IMG/VR virus record: IMGVR_UViG_2778261223_000007
Coordinates: 1-64,000 of that record
Length of the DNA: 64,000 nt
DNA from: a virus
Taxonomy: Duplodnaviria; Heunggongvirae; Uroviricota; Caudoviricetes
Strand: one strand, 5' to 3'
Part shown: positions 42,001-49,505 of the stretch, one piece after another
How positions within the stretch are numbered: position 1 is the first letter of the stretch
How the letters are laid out: each line of letters begins with the position of its first letter
Program-made: the position numbers and the translations under genes
Notes under the pieces: generated by a model
Seen by the model: the letters and a program-made list of their open reading frames with translations, nothing else
What the model was told of the DNA's origin: nothing
The model's database searches: none

Positions 42001-42852
42001 GGCAGGATGAAAGCCTTTAGCAATATCGATGATATTGAACGGATGTTTAATCAGGTCAAGATCGCGAAAATTAAGGCGAAGATCGAAAAAACACGTTCTG
42101 CGCTGGTGGCCTGGCGCGATGCATTGTTTGAGCAATATAAATCACTCAGTGATGCAGATGGATGGGCGGCATTGGAACAGCTGGCGAATAATGGGGTAGA
42201 TGGAGCGAAACTCGCCATTGTTCAGGCTGATAACCCCCTGGAATCACCGGCAGCACAGTGGATTAAGGTGGGGGCTGTCATCAATGCATTTGATGAAAAA
42301 CACATTAGTAAGGACGATTTTGCTGATGCTGTTTCTGTTAATCGCCTGGTAGAAATGGCTACCCGCCGCGCCCGTGAGTTGAAAGACGGCGACTATGTGA
42401 ATGAGTTGCCGGATACGCTCAAATCGGCAACGTGGCAGGACTATGTATCGCTGAAAAACGGCGGGGCCACTGAATCAGAGATCGCGGAAAGGCTTGAGCA
42501 GGCTGAAAGCAAAAGAGAAGAGCAGGCGGCAGTGGCTGAAGCCAGAGCTGATGAAGCGGCGAATGATGACTATATCATTGTGGTTAATGATAAGCCGATT
42601 CGCGCTAAGGCGCGTGTTCGCGGGCGCTGGTGGAGCGTCAGCGAGGACGTTGGCGCGGTTTATCTCATTGCCGACCAACCAGGTTCCTCGACAATACGGA
42701 ACGCCAAAGACGCGATTAAGAAGATTGGCGGGCGTTTCTGGAATTTTGAAGCAAACCCGGTTGCTGATGTGAACTTTGACCGTCCTGCATGGATGGTATC
42801 TACGCGTTACTCGGTAGATGAACTGCGTAAAATAATCGCCGATGCGGCCTAA
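36016..42852 (+). CDS. darB: DarB-like antirestriction protein: N6-adenine methyltransferase domain fused to SF2 helicase domain
   Basis: 2278 aa; SAM-binding LEPSAGTGIF and NVPF (motif IV-like) near the N-terminus; helicase Walker A GFGTGLGKTTTALAL and DEGH box VIADEGHNY; size and architecture match P1 DarB as recalled. Confidence 0.75.
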   Translation: MDKLLHSISEASSLGELIEIVSRLHKLRAVATFGVRKADGVSIQKTRRAANNAAVNLLNSLPPGFDGAKLTDEQRQILAGYTGEGGLTDGEGSQYEYYTPQFMAEGIWDLFADYGIDGGHVLEPSAGTGIFQETKRQGMIMTSAELSPISGRINQLLHPEDDVNIGAFEALAAKDAMYDHAVGNVPFGEGRSGVAGLDPAYANEKNVGNYFVLRTIDKVKPGGLIVLVVPNGMTDGTKYKKLRDKVSRKAEFLGAHRMPSGTFSESGTDTVVDVWVLRKHPETFLEMIPDTDDSTLKSANVLWDTFLKGKWFTTEGKRFVYGDMERASFRNTLVVKKDGRVSNESMKTALSRRFDSRINWDLLGVTTQAWQGAKVGDKRLVGGIWHEFDGLKWVKDTTTKSSALDVSRYGVSTFGDLQIAFQSTNGILALSWDQISAIASDYPSVVSDEVAAMIRFAGKQREKDRERVMRGALIGQLINKALDLRNLGVNVDDKLADASRLAAAEVAKYGPPHAIKLNGLAEAGAKNWMTFTGNVKQDGSTSDLLAGRLDVTDGAAGIDFTRPEQVIAHLFSDVALNPITLGDFREAFAGELPEDDDAALEYLAKFDDIAIDGYGCLLPMDRATSGDVATKTALLVGWRDASTGEQKANFERQLAKIEEKRIFTPLNKVTVNLNARWLDRRLIKEFLAEQGYDEFKYTEPDLKVVDGILVSPDDYEGKDGVFTGYQLRTVNGKNGNEFKKANNKDGFLNQLENYLNGVKPRGQNANEYLDKIAQLEVSFNDWLRTHPQADQIARDYNDAFNGFIPFTHSDAPLGLEGISGKRIPLTYQNEEVRRLSEDGRGIMGFGTGLGKTTTALALEAYNFETGRTKRTCIVVPKAVYQNWYHEAQSFYSADAFANMMFIGLDEVRDDSGNILTAPVLDENGEPRLDSNGQPLTRNVVKESSSAVIVQRMNMIPSSNWRTVIMTKEQFASIPLREKTIEENSQQAVFNAVEMGRLDLASGKHRDAQKKNKIKDQAANTGTTKKQNIPYFEDMNFDSVIADEGHNYRNSFNAGREAGQLAYLPNPAVSKMARDMAVKAAYMMKRNNGRGVVMLTATPLVNSPIDAFNMLSTVIPQEEWMRMGIITPDDFVRVFGKTATVQVQKISGEVEEKQGLVGFQNLDGLRGIFHRWATLKTAADVGATVKIPDIIENTLQIPMTGEQETAYEELRKRAQELSRNDELTVDENGHITNDKPDDFIFSIIRDMDKVAIDPDLYASAITFQFPVELADQVKAIADALPKVAGGKVADDVDEAEEDGAGGLVSTRTSKVVKTAFSEHPTHVEIRASIELEAEILKAIAAAGIDMQQVSHPIPPKYAALIENLREGLKNGKQIVFIDEKAQHQKLRRIIASALQMPEQEIGIINATTVSQAGGIKLKKVNKPTEPTPNKNGEYKEGAWETYYSKLAQYEDYLSAKNDAGLEGMEGIAADYNEGRTRIIICNKKAEVGINLHIGTTDIHHLTLPWTPASIDQRNGRGARVGSPQEKVNVHYYCGKGTFDDFRLDTLKRKKDWIKMVMTSDMSEIANGDADDADERAIMLAANPEERRAIMARQAQEREERLKLKAQREANNALDIYLKAANAAGKDIGMMETELKSAMEQIEYYQRNLDDLIKAGTNRNGQKYALEQLSSYRKRARVLRFAITRAKDADTIMKRSRGDVERAIKSGVLDISIDVIQNPQEYMRTDKNILLHKGSYYRAVIDDRETTAIVRVEKIDGEKAQYLCRIAWLDRASRYARAPGSIVTLPFDSVIEAVTFEEGVAESRATAARGVQCHQLSTILTRDQFYDAIRNGVMNVIAGKPGNAWGGGSAIKYWAYRTDDGQIALSSAYDGVIGQKIGRASDIAPERWIYPDGNDEALKREVAKIQASDNPLNIVDGEGFLQALYGYDYIQGMQAWGAQATMDDVAQEFENWMAGRGLSGRSLNKVTSEDILSLFRKPSGEGLESFWRTVLAYRLFQGRMKAFSNIDDIERMFNQVKIAKIKAKIEKTRSALVAWRDALFEQYKSLSDADGWAALEQLANNGVDGAKLAIVQADNPLESPAAQWIKVGAVINAFDEKHISKDDFADAVSVNRLVEMATRRARELKDGDYVNELPDTLKSATWQDYVSLKNGGATESEIAERLEQAESKREEQAAVAEARADEAANDDYIIVVNDKPIRAKARVRGRWWSVSEDVGAVYLIADQPGSSTIRNAKDAIKKIGGRFWNFEANPVADVNFDRPAWMVSTRYSVDELRKIIADAA

Positions 42853-42888
42853 CAGATAAGGAGCGGCCCCAACTGGGGCCGAATTTGA

Positions 42889-43323
42889 ATGACGACATTA
42901 ATTGACACTGTAAAACCGACGGAATCCTACCTTGAGGACATTTTGCCGCAGGCGCTCAATGGCAGGAGTGAAGAGGCGTTTCTGGATGCATATCTGAATG
43001 GCATGGTGGAAAGGCTGAAACGAGATCCACAGCTTTATCACCTTTATGGGCCGTGGTGGCCTGCGCTTAAAACGTTATTGCTGGAGCGCGGCGACATATC
43101 ATTTGGACAAGTGGTAGATAGTGATGTGGCAGAGATCTACAAAATGAGTCGCCCGGCGCTTACGGTTTTGGCTGGGCATCTGTATTCGAGCGATCGCCTG
43201 GAAAATGACGCGGTATACAATCCTGTTCATGCTCTGGAAGTCGCACCTTATGCCGATGATACAGAGCCATACGTGTACACAAGTTACGACGAGTCTATAG
43301 AGAAATATCGAATTATGGGGTAG
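42889..43323 (+). CDS. hypothetical protein co-transcribed with darB-like gene
   Basis: 144-aa ORF 37 bp downstream of darB, no terminator between. Confidence 0.4.
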   Translation: MTTLIDTVKPTESYLEDILPQALNGRSEEAFLDAYLNGMVERLKRDPQLYHLYGPWWPALKTLLLERGDISFGQVVDSDVAEIYKMSRPALTVLAGHLYSSDRLENDAVYNPVHALEVAPYADDTEPYVYTSYDESIEKYRIMG

Positions 43324-43325
43324 CC

Positions 43326-43586
43326 ATGCGAAAGAATCGTAGGTTTACGGTCGAAGACCTAAAGGAATATTCCATATCGAAGGGGTATATCCTTGAGTTC
43401 CACCGATACAAGAAGGTTTTTACGCTGCGAAAAGCAGAAAACCCTGCGAACTGGAGCTGGATATACTTTCCTCACACCGATGATAAGTTGGTAGAACTTG
43501 TTGATGATTTAACCTATGAAGGTTGGTTGATCGCAATCGACAAGACAATCAAAGAATTATCCGAACAGGATAAAATAACCCTTTAA
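43326..43586 (+). CDS. hypothetical protein (86 aa)
   Basis: Tightly linked (3-bp gap) to upstream ORF. Confidence 0.35.
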   Translation: MRKNRRFTVEDLKEYSISKGYILEFHRYKKVFTLRKAENPANWSWIYFPHTDDKLVELVDDLTYEGWLIAIDKTIKELSEQDKITL

Positions 43587-43722
43587 AAATAACAGGTTGG
43601 GTAAATGCCATGCGATTTACCCTCCTTGTTGATTAAGGTCGCTCTTTACTCTAAAAGCAAATCCGACCTGTTGCATATAGACCATCCTTGAGTAGTATCT
43701 CTCTTGTTTTACAAATCTAACG

Positions 43723-44217
43723 TTGTTGTTATTATTTCGCATATTTACTATCAATTGGTGTGTTAGAAAAATAGCGCGAAAGAGAAGGCGTCGCAGTGAA
43801 TATTCTGAAACATCCCCACATGCCGCAGCTCTTAGAGAACTGGAGAAAAACCCAGATCTAATCAAAAGGAACCATGAGCATTACGAGCAGGTTCGCGTCC
43901 TGGACTGGATGTATCGCAATATGCGTTATGTGTATGAGCATACTCACGCCACTCCAAACGGTGGCCTGCGAGGCATAAGGACGGCAATAAAAATGGTGGC
44001 AGAGGGCCAAAAGAAGGGATATCCCGATCTTTCTATAGACCTTGCTTGTGGGGGATACCACGGAATGCGCATTGAGATGAAACATGGGAGAAATCGCCTG
44101 ACTCCCGAACAACTCGTCTGGATGACTCGCCTCACAGAAGCCGGTTACTACTGCTTTGAGGCGCGCAGTGCCGCTGAAGCCATAAAAGCTATCACGGAGT
44201 ATGTTTGTCTTGATTAA
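43723..44217 (+). CDS. VRR-NUC domain nuclease candidate (start uncertain)
   Basis: C-terminal ~100 aa show the VRR-NUC pattern (..KKGYPDLSIDL...IEMKHGRNRLTPEQLVWMTRL..); true start probably downstream of the operator-like site at 43758 (GTG 43797 or a later ATG). Confidence 0.45.
   Translation: MLLLFRIFTINWCVRKIARKRRRRSEYSETSPHAAALRELEKNPDLIKRNHEHYEQVRVLDWMYRNMRYVYEHTHATPNGGLRGIRTAIKMVAEGQKKGYPDLSIDLACGGYHGMRIEMKHGRNRLTPEQLVWMTRLTEAGYYCFEARSAAEAIKAITEYVCLD
43758..43773 (-). promoter_or_regulatory. operator-like motif
   Basis: Reverse complement TATTTTTCTAACACAC, upstream of the VRR-NUC coding region. Confidence 0.4.
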
Positions 44218-44231
44218 ACGGAGAAATCGTT

Positions 44232-44432
44232 TTGCGTTTACATAACGTGGCAGAACTTATCCCTGCAGGAACTAATGCTATCGCTCGTCGTCGCTCATGG
44301 CAGCAGGCTCTATGTATTGAGATCTCGAAACGTATCAATGGAAGTTTTGAAGCTCGCAATATTGTTACTGGCGATAAGGTTCACATAACCCCGGAAAGTG
44401 CAAGCGCTGATGATTGGGAGTTTGTACATTGA
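44232..44432 (+). CDS. hypothetical protein (66 aa)
   Basis: ORF only. Confidence 0.3.
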   Translation: MRLHNVAELIPAGTNAIARRRSWQQALCIEISKRINGSFEARNIVTGDKVHITPESASADDWEFVH

Positions 44433-44728
44433 GCAAAAAATATTATGTGAGTCTGGCGTTCGCTGACGATGCGGGGAGGACGCGGAGTATCACGTTGAGC
44501 ACACCGGTTCAGGCTGTGACAGCGCCGTTAATCCGTGAAGCTCTCAGAGAGCTGGAATTGGGTGAAAACTCGGCACTGTTGTCGGTTAGTTGGTTAGGGA
44601 AAATGTCAGAGAAACAATACGTGGATGGAGTTACCCCAATAACAGTAATGAGGCTACTTTCATTGCTGCAATGGGCCATCGTACCTGTATTTATCGCGTA
44701 TCTTATTTATCAGGCTGCAACACAGTAA
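44414..44728 (+). CDS. hypothetical membrane protein (104 aa)
   Basis: C-terminal hydrophobic helix (LLSLLQWAIVPVFIAYLIY); followed by a terminator. Confidence 0.35.
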   Translation: MGVCTLSKKYYVSLAFADDAGRTRSITLSTPVQAVTAPLIREALRELELGENSALLSVSWLGKMSEKQYVDGVTPITVMRLLSLLQWAIVPVFIAYLIYQAATQ

Positions 44729-44734
44729 TTGCAT

Positions 44735-44761
44735 AAAAACCCGCCAATTAGCGGGTTTTTT
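44735..44761 (+). terminator. intrinsic terminator
   Basis: AAAAACCCGCCAATTAGCGGGTTTTTTG. Confidence 0.65.
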
Positions 44762-44801
44762 GTTTATTGCATCTTCCGATACCGTCATCAAACTAATAAA
44801 A

Positions 44802-44822
44802 TATGTTAGAAAACTAATTTAA
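44802..44822 (-). promoter_or_regulatory. operator-like motif
   Basis: Reverse complement TTAAATTAGTTTTCTAACATA immediately upstream of the 44842 gene. Confidence 0.45.
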
Positions 44823-44841
44823 CAAAGTGACGGGAACAGCA

Positions 44842-46050
44842 ATGAGTCAACACACTGATACTTCTAATCTGGAAATTATCTCGACAGCAATTGAAACGCT
44901 GCGCACACAAATCGCTCTTATACAGAAACGGAATCCTGGTGATGACCTGTCAAAGCGACTGCACGAGAGTGTCATTGCCACTACAGATAACCTGGTGGCG
45001 GAAATCAACAAGCTGCTTGATGATGGGGCAGTTGATTACAATAAGCTGGTGGATCAGTTTGAGGAATACCAACAAGCCGTTAATGATGGCTTGATCCGTT
45101 TTTCACAAGTCACAGGCGTATCAGCGACAGTTGAAAGCCTGGGTGATGCAGTTAATCAATTTGCCACGAATATGCGTAATGAGATCGGCAATCTGGAAGC
45201 GCGTCTTGAACAGGCAAATACACTGCGTAAATCTGCTGAAGCCGATTTGAACCGTTACAAAAAAGACTATCCGCCCACCCTGACAAAGCGGCTGGATGTT
45301 GCGGAGAAGGATAACCGCACGCTGAAAAGAGAGCGCCGGGAACTAAAAGAGCGTTTAACCAAGCTCAATCAGCAATGCATTGATTATCAAGGCGAAGGCG
45401 TCACACTGCGTAAAAAGTTGGCTACAGCGCAGAGCATTATCGAAACATTAAAGCGAGAGTGCTCACAGCTTGGTCACGATCTGAACCGTGCTTGTGGCAT
45501 GGGACAAAGACCAGAGACATTTCCACTTATGTATGACGGAAGGGATGCCATTGCCTACATCCATGAGTATCCGCACGGCCTGGTTGCGGAAACTGGGCAG
45601 CGTGGCGAAGCACTGCTGACGGCTAATTACCATCAACAAATCAGAACCAATCGCCTGTTAACGATGGATGTGATCCCATCGGTATGGGGAACGCCGCTTT
45701 ACTATCGCCTGCCGGGCTTCGAAAAGGACTGGAATACCGACATAGACGAATGTCTCGCAGATAAAATTATGGCGTACCTGGAGACGGATTTTCCGCGCTT
45801 ATATCGCCGGATTATGGACTCAAAGGATGCGCCAATCGATGAATTAAAAATGCGTCCGGAGACGCTGGAGGCAATCAAGCAGACGGAGTTTGATACTGTA
45901 TTCAGTGTGGCCTGCATTCCAAGCTGTTTCCATGAAAGCATTCCGTTCATGCAAGGAGATCGTCGTCAGGAAATCATTGACGCTTGCCGGGTATGGGCGA
46001 ACGAATGGGATAAGAAGAATGGGGGTGTAGAAGATCTTTACGGGAAGTAA
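44842..46050 (+). CDS. hypothetical coiled-coil protein, operator-flanked
   Basis: ~402 aa from ATG 44842 (track uses GTG 44827); N-terminal coiled-coil; operator-like motifs at both ends of the gene. Confidence 0.45.
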   Translation: MSQHTDTSNLEIISTAIETLRTQIALIQKRNPGDDLSKRLHESVIATTDNLVAEINKLLDDGAVDYNKLVDQFEEYQQAVNDGLIRFSQVTGVSATVESLGDAVNQFATNMRNEIGNLEARLEQANTLRKSAEADLNRYKKDYPPTLTKRLDVAEKDNRTLKRERRELKERLTKLNQQCIDYQGEGVTLRKKLATAQSIIETLKRECSQLGHDLNRACGMGQRPETFPLMYDGRDAIAYIHEYPHGLVAETGQRGEALLTANYHQQIRTNRLLTMDVIPSVWGTPLYYRLPGFEKDWNTDIDECLADKIMAYLETDFPRLYRRIMDSKDAPIDELKMRPETLEAIKQTEFDTVFSVACIPSCFHESIPFMQGDRRQEIIDACRVWANEWDKKNGGVEDLYGK

Positions 46051-46068
46051 TGTGTTAGAAATCTAAAA
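46050..46068 (-). promoter_or_regulatory. operator-like motif
   Basis: Reverse complement TTTTAGATTTCTAACACAT overlapping the stop codon of the upstream gene. Confidence 0.4.
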
Positions 46069-46800
46069 TCACAATTCGAATGTGTTGATTGTGAAGGTAA
46101 CTTAACATAGAATTTTCCTTGCTGGTGGGCGGTACCCACGTTTCGCTTGCTGGGCTTGATAGTCACTTATTGGTTATTGTTCGCCCACCAGCATTTAACA
46201 AATTAAAGCGTTAGAAAAGTATAGTAACGCAAGAGCACGCTTTGGCACTGTGCAGGCAAAAGTTCAGCAGGTTTAGTGCGGAAAGTGGTTTCAGAGAGAG
46301 CACTTTGCGGAGTAAACGACAATACATGTTGAGCCACGGAAGGTCTTTTTAAGGTGTTCATTGATGATGGTCCGGCAGAGAGTAACGGTACATGCTGCAT
46401 CTAATCATCAATGCACATCTTCAACATTAAGGAGGCATAGGGATTTTTGTGGCGGTTACCTTTTGCCCTGAGTCTCCTTAATGTTGCAGTAATGCACCTA
46501 TGCGGATGTGGCCTTGCATTGTGTCTTGAAAGAATGGGGTAAGGCCGGGGATATCCCCAGGGGGAGGCACTCCCGCTGCAACGAACAGCCACAGACGGCA
46601 GTCGAGTGATGGGAACGTGAAAAGACTTTAAACCTCGTTATGGCTGGCGTGGCAAACGCGACAACCGAGACAGAGCGGTGACGGGCGGAGAGAGTGCCGC
46701 ATCAAGAAAGAAGCCGACTTGTGATCCCTTTCAGCGGGCATTTGAAAGTGAATCCAACTCAGGCAGTCGGCTTCTTTCTTGTGTGAGATGTAGCGTATTT

Positions 46801-46824
46801 GCCCATCTTCGGGTGGGCTTTTTT
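46801..46824 (+). terminator. intrinsic terminator within the noncoding region
   Basis: GCCCATCTTCGGGTGGGC hairpin followed by TTTTTT; preceded by a 15-bp perfect-stem hairpin (46705-46779). Confidence 0.55.
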
Positions 46825-47284
46825 AGGGTTTTCGTCATGGTTAGCGACTTTGCGGCGGTTTAGAAACCGACCATTAAAGTAAATGCAAACGATGATCTGA
46901 TGATGGTAGCGGCCTAAGAAGCCAGACGCCACGGGGTATGAGTCGTCCCCCGTCAAAAAATCGACCGCAGAGTGTCCCCGTCTGTGTATTAGGGAACGGG
47001 GAGGCATAACAGGCAAGGGCGCTGGTGTGATTAACCAGATGAATGAGAAGGGTCAGGTCTTTCTGGTCAGCGCCCTTACCTGTTACGTCCCTCCCGCGTA
47101 ACAGCCATTGCTTAATGGCATCCTGGGGGAATTTCTTGTAACGGGTATATCCCGTCATGCTGAAGGCGCTAATCACGCTGGAAGCCAGGGTTGTGCATCC
47201 CCTGTTACCGAATTGCAGCCAGGGCGCGGTGCGCCGAAAAGCATACGGAGGTGGAAGCCCTCGCCGGAGACGTACCCGGCAAGT

Positions 47285-47360
47285 GATGGTGTAGCTCAGC
47301 GGTTAGAGCGGTTGACTGTTAATCAACGGGTCGATGGTTCAAATCCATCCACCATCGCCA
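47285..47360 (+). tRNA. tRNA-Asn (anticodon GTT)
   Basis: Cloverleaf read by hand: acceptor GATGGTG/CACCATC, D-stem GCTC/GAGC, anticodon loop CTGTTAA, T-loop TTCAAAT, discriminator G + CCA encoded. Confidence 0.85.
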
Positions 47361-47362
47361 AT

Positions 47363-47438
47363 GCCGGTTTAGCTCAGTTGGTAGAGCGCCTGCCTTGTAA
47401 GCAGGATGTCAGCGGTTCGAGTCCGTTAATCGGCACCA
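47363..47438 (+). tRNA. tRNA-Thr (anticodon TGT)
   Basis: Acceptor GCCGGTT, D-arm GCTCAGTTGGTAGAGC, anticodon loop CTTGTAA, T-loop TTCGAGT, CCA encoded; close to E. coli tRNA-Thr as recalled. Confidence 0.85.
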
Positions 47439-47903
47439 GCACAACAGGTAAGGGTATTTTGCGACGTCGGAGATCGCCGAGCTTGGCAGAGGGTTCGAAT
47501 CCCTACGAAGTACCCTTACCGTTGTGATGAAGTGCAGCTCTTTGAAGCAACCAGAAGATAAGCATCTGGCTTCACAACATAAACCGCAGGAACGACCAAT
47601 AAACGGTAGTCCGTACGGAGAACACCCCGTTGAGGAAGAGGCCTGGCCGGAACCGTAACCGGCACTACAACGTTGAGAACACTGGCGTAACGGGGTCATA
47701 TCCCAATCTACGAATAAATGTTGCGTTGCAGCGTGACAACCAGTGTTCTCAACGTTGTGGTGGATTCGCAGGCTGATGCGATAGCTTTCTTGGATGTTAG
47801 GGAAATGCGGCCGCAAATCTTCCCTTTCGCGAGCGGTGATCGTCCGTAGTCCTAATTGGCTGCACCGTATGCCGGAGATTCAGTACCGGCCACCACAACG
47901 GCC

Positions 47904-47990
47904 GGAGAGTAGGGCGCATGGTGCTCAAGCGGTCTTGAAAACCGTCCCATTGCGCAAGCGATGATGGTTCGATTCCATTACTCTCCGCCA
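47904..47990 (+). tRNA. class II tRNA-like element, anticodon TGA (Ser-like), non-canonical D-arm
   Basis: Acceptor GGAGAGT/ACTCTCC + G + CCA; anticodon stem-loop GCGGT-CTTGAAA-ACCGT like tRNA-Ser(UGA); T-loop TTCGATT; long variable arm; D-arm does not fold cleanly, so possibly a pseudo-tRNA. Confidence 0.4.
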
Positions 47991-48257
47991 GCGCAACGTT
48001 AAGAGTATTTGGCTAATTAAGCGAATGCCGGAAGCAGAACCGGATCACCAAATGCGTACAGGCGTCATCGCCGCCCAGCCAGCCAAGTGCTCTTACCATT
48101 GCGGTGAATGCGGCTAAGCGCACGCGGAACAGTTAAAACAATCCTCCTTAGTGGTTAAGTCAAAAATCCCGGCGTTAATTGTTAACTGGTTAACGTCACC
48201 TGGAGGCACCAGGCACCGCAACCTAATAAATACGTCATGTTTATTGAGGGATAACCA

Positions 48258-48692
48258 ATGTTCGGTAAATTTTTCGGTAAGAAAGTCGCTTCAGCAAAAG
48301 TAGAGCTGAAAAGGGTTGAGAATCGCGATCTGATGGAGGCCATTATCGGTGGCTGTTTGTTGGTGTCTGCCGCAGATGGTGAAATCGAAAAGGAAGAAAC
48401 AGCGAAACTTGATCAGCTTGTCCGCTCTAATCCTCGCTTAAGTCATTTTGGCAACGAAATTACCGCAACAATCACCCGTTTTACTGAGCAACTGGAAGCT
48501 GGTTTCCGTGTTGGTCGCATGAATATCCTTCGCGAAATTGAAGATATCAAAAATGATCCAAAAGAAGCGGAAGAAGTATTCGTTAACATGCTGACGATTG
48601 CAGAAGCGGACGGTGAAATCGAGCCAGCAGAACACAAAGTACTGGAAGAAGTAGGCCGTCGTTTGGGCCTTCGTGTGGAAGATTATCTGTAA
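48258..48692 (+). CDS. TerB-like protein (tciA-like)
   Basis: 144 aa with two ..AADGEIE..E.. / ..EADGEIE..E.. TerB-type repeats; sits between tRNA genes as the tci genes do in P1 (recalled). Confidence 0.55.
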   Translation: MFGKFFGKKVASAKVELKRVENRDLMEAIIGGCLLVSAADGEIEKEETAKLDQLVRSNPRLSHFGNEITATITRFTEQLEAGFRVGRMNILREIEDIKNDPKEAEEVFVNMLTIAEADGEIEPAEHKVLEEVGRRLGLRVEDYL

Positions 48693-48856
48693 TGATTGGC
48701 AAGGCGCGTATTGCGTGCGCCATTGGTTTTCTCGTTTTGTCCGTGCTGGTGGATTTCACCAGCAAAGTGATGTCGGTGTTGGCTGATGGGGCACTGGTTT
48801 CAGTAGCTGTGGTATTGCTATTGCCGATTATTAAAGCTGCGTTCAGGAACTCATGA
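48692..48856 (+). CDS. small membrane protein (tciB-like position)
   Basis: 54-aa hydrophobic ORF (MIGKARIACAIGFLVLSVLVDF..) starting at a TAATG overlap with the TerB-like gene; not in the supplied track (below size cutoff). Confidence 0.4.
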   Translation: MIGKARIACAIGFLVLSVLVDFTSKVMSVLADGALVSVAVVLLLPIIKAAFRNS

Positions 48857-48966
48857 TGGATTTTTGGACGTATATTGATAAGAACCCTGGATGGTCTTTG
48901 CTATTTCTGCTTGTGATCGTATACGGAGTAGAACAAGTAGCGAAGAATCTCAGGCGTCGAAAATAA
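48853..48966 (+). CDS. small membrane protein (tciC-like position)
   Basis: 37-aa ORF MMDFWTYIDKNPGWSLLFLLVIVYGVEQVAKNLRRRK, overlapping the previous stop; hand-translated. Confidence 0.35.
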   Translation: MMDFWTYIDKNPGWSLLFLLVIVYGVEQVAKNLRRRK

Positions 48967-48975
48967 AAACTAATT

Positions 48976-49051
48976 GGCCCCTTAGCTCAGTGGTTAGAGC
49001 TGGCGACTCATAATCGCACGGTCACCGGTTCAAGTCCGGTAGGGGCCACCA
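48976..49051 (+). tRNA. tRNA-Ile2 (anticodon CAT, ileX-like)
   Basis: GGCCCCTTAGCTCAGTGGTTAGAGC...CTCATAA...GGTTCAAGTCC...AGGGGCCACCA; near-identical in outline to E. coli ileX as recalled; CAT anticodon could also read Met. Confidence 0.8.
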
Positions 49052-49505
49052 TATTTGGTTGTAACACGGCGTCTGGCACATGCGTCGTTAGCGGTCTGGT
49101 GACGTTAAAGGGGTTACCTTTTCCCCTAGCTCAGGCAACAAACCAGGTAGCCGGAATGTGCAAGCCCCGTTCATATCGTCGGACCGAGGATTCACCATCC
49201 TGGCGATTCGGTGTGACAGCCGGAAGAGCACGGCGCACAACAGGAAAAGGCGTTTAATTAGCGTGAGCGCCGTTTCCGTTGTGGTAATTGCGGCTATGCG
49301 CTCGTGACGAAGCCATTTTCATTCACTACGTTCTGATAAGTGACGTCGCCAGGAGTGGCTAACCTGGCAGGTGGAGGCACCACCGCCACAACTCCTTTCA
49401 ATTCATCATATAGCCGCTCAGGCTGTACCCCTTAATTAATACGAAGTTACGACATCACTACCGGCACTTCCGGGGGATAGTCGCGCGTGTAAAAAAGGAG
49501 ACGTT

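Noticed and set aside
47444-47520. Third canonical tRNA immediately after tRNA-Thr
   Set aside because: Has a perfect 8-bp terminal stem and a TTCGAAT loop, but I could not fold a standard D-arm and anticodon arm or find a 3' CCA; kept only as a tRNA-like element in the findings.
47108-47527. 139-aa plus-strand ORF spanning the tRNA genes
   Set aside because: Overlaps two confidently folded tRNAs; reading frame is an artefact of the GC-rich tRNA sequence.
49425-49437. loxP-like half-site AATACGAAGTTAC (11/13 match to the loxP arm)
   Set aside because: Single arm with no partner arm at the correct spacing; an 11/13 match to a 13-mer is expected about once by chance in 64 kb on two strands.
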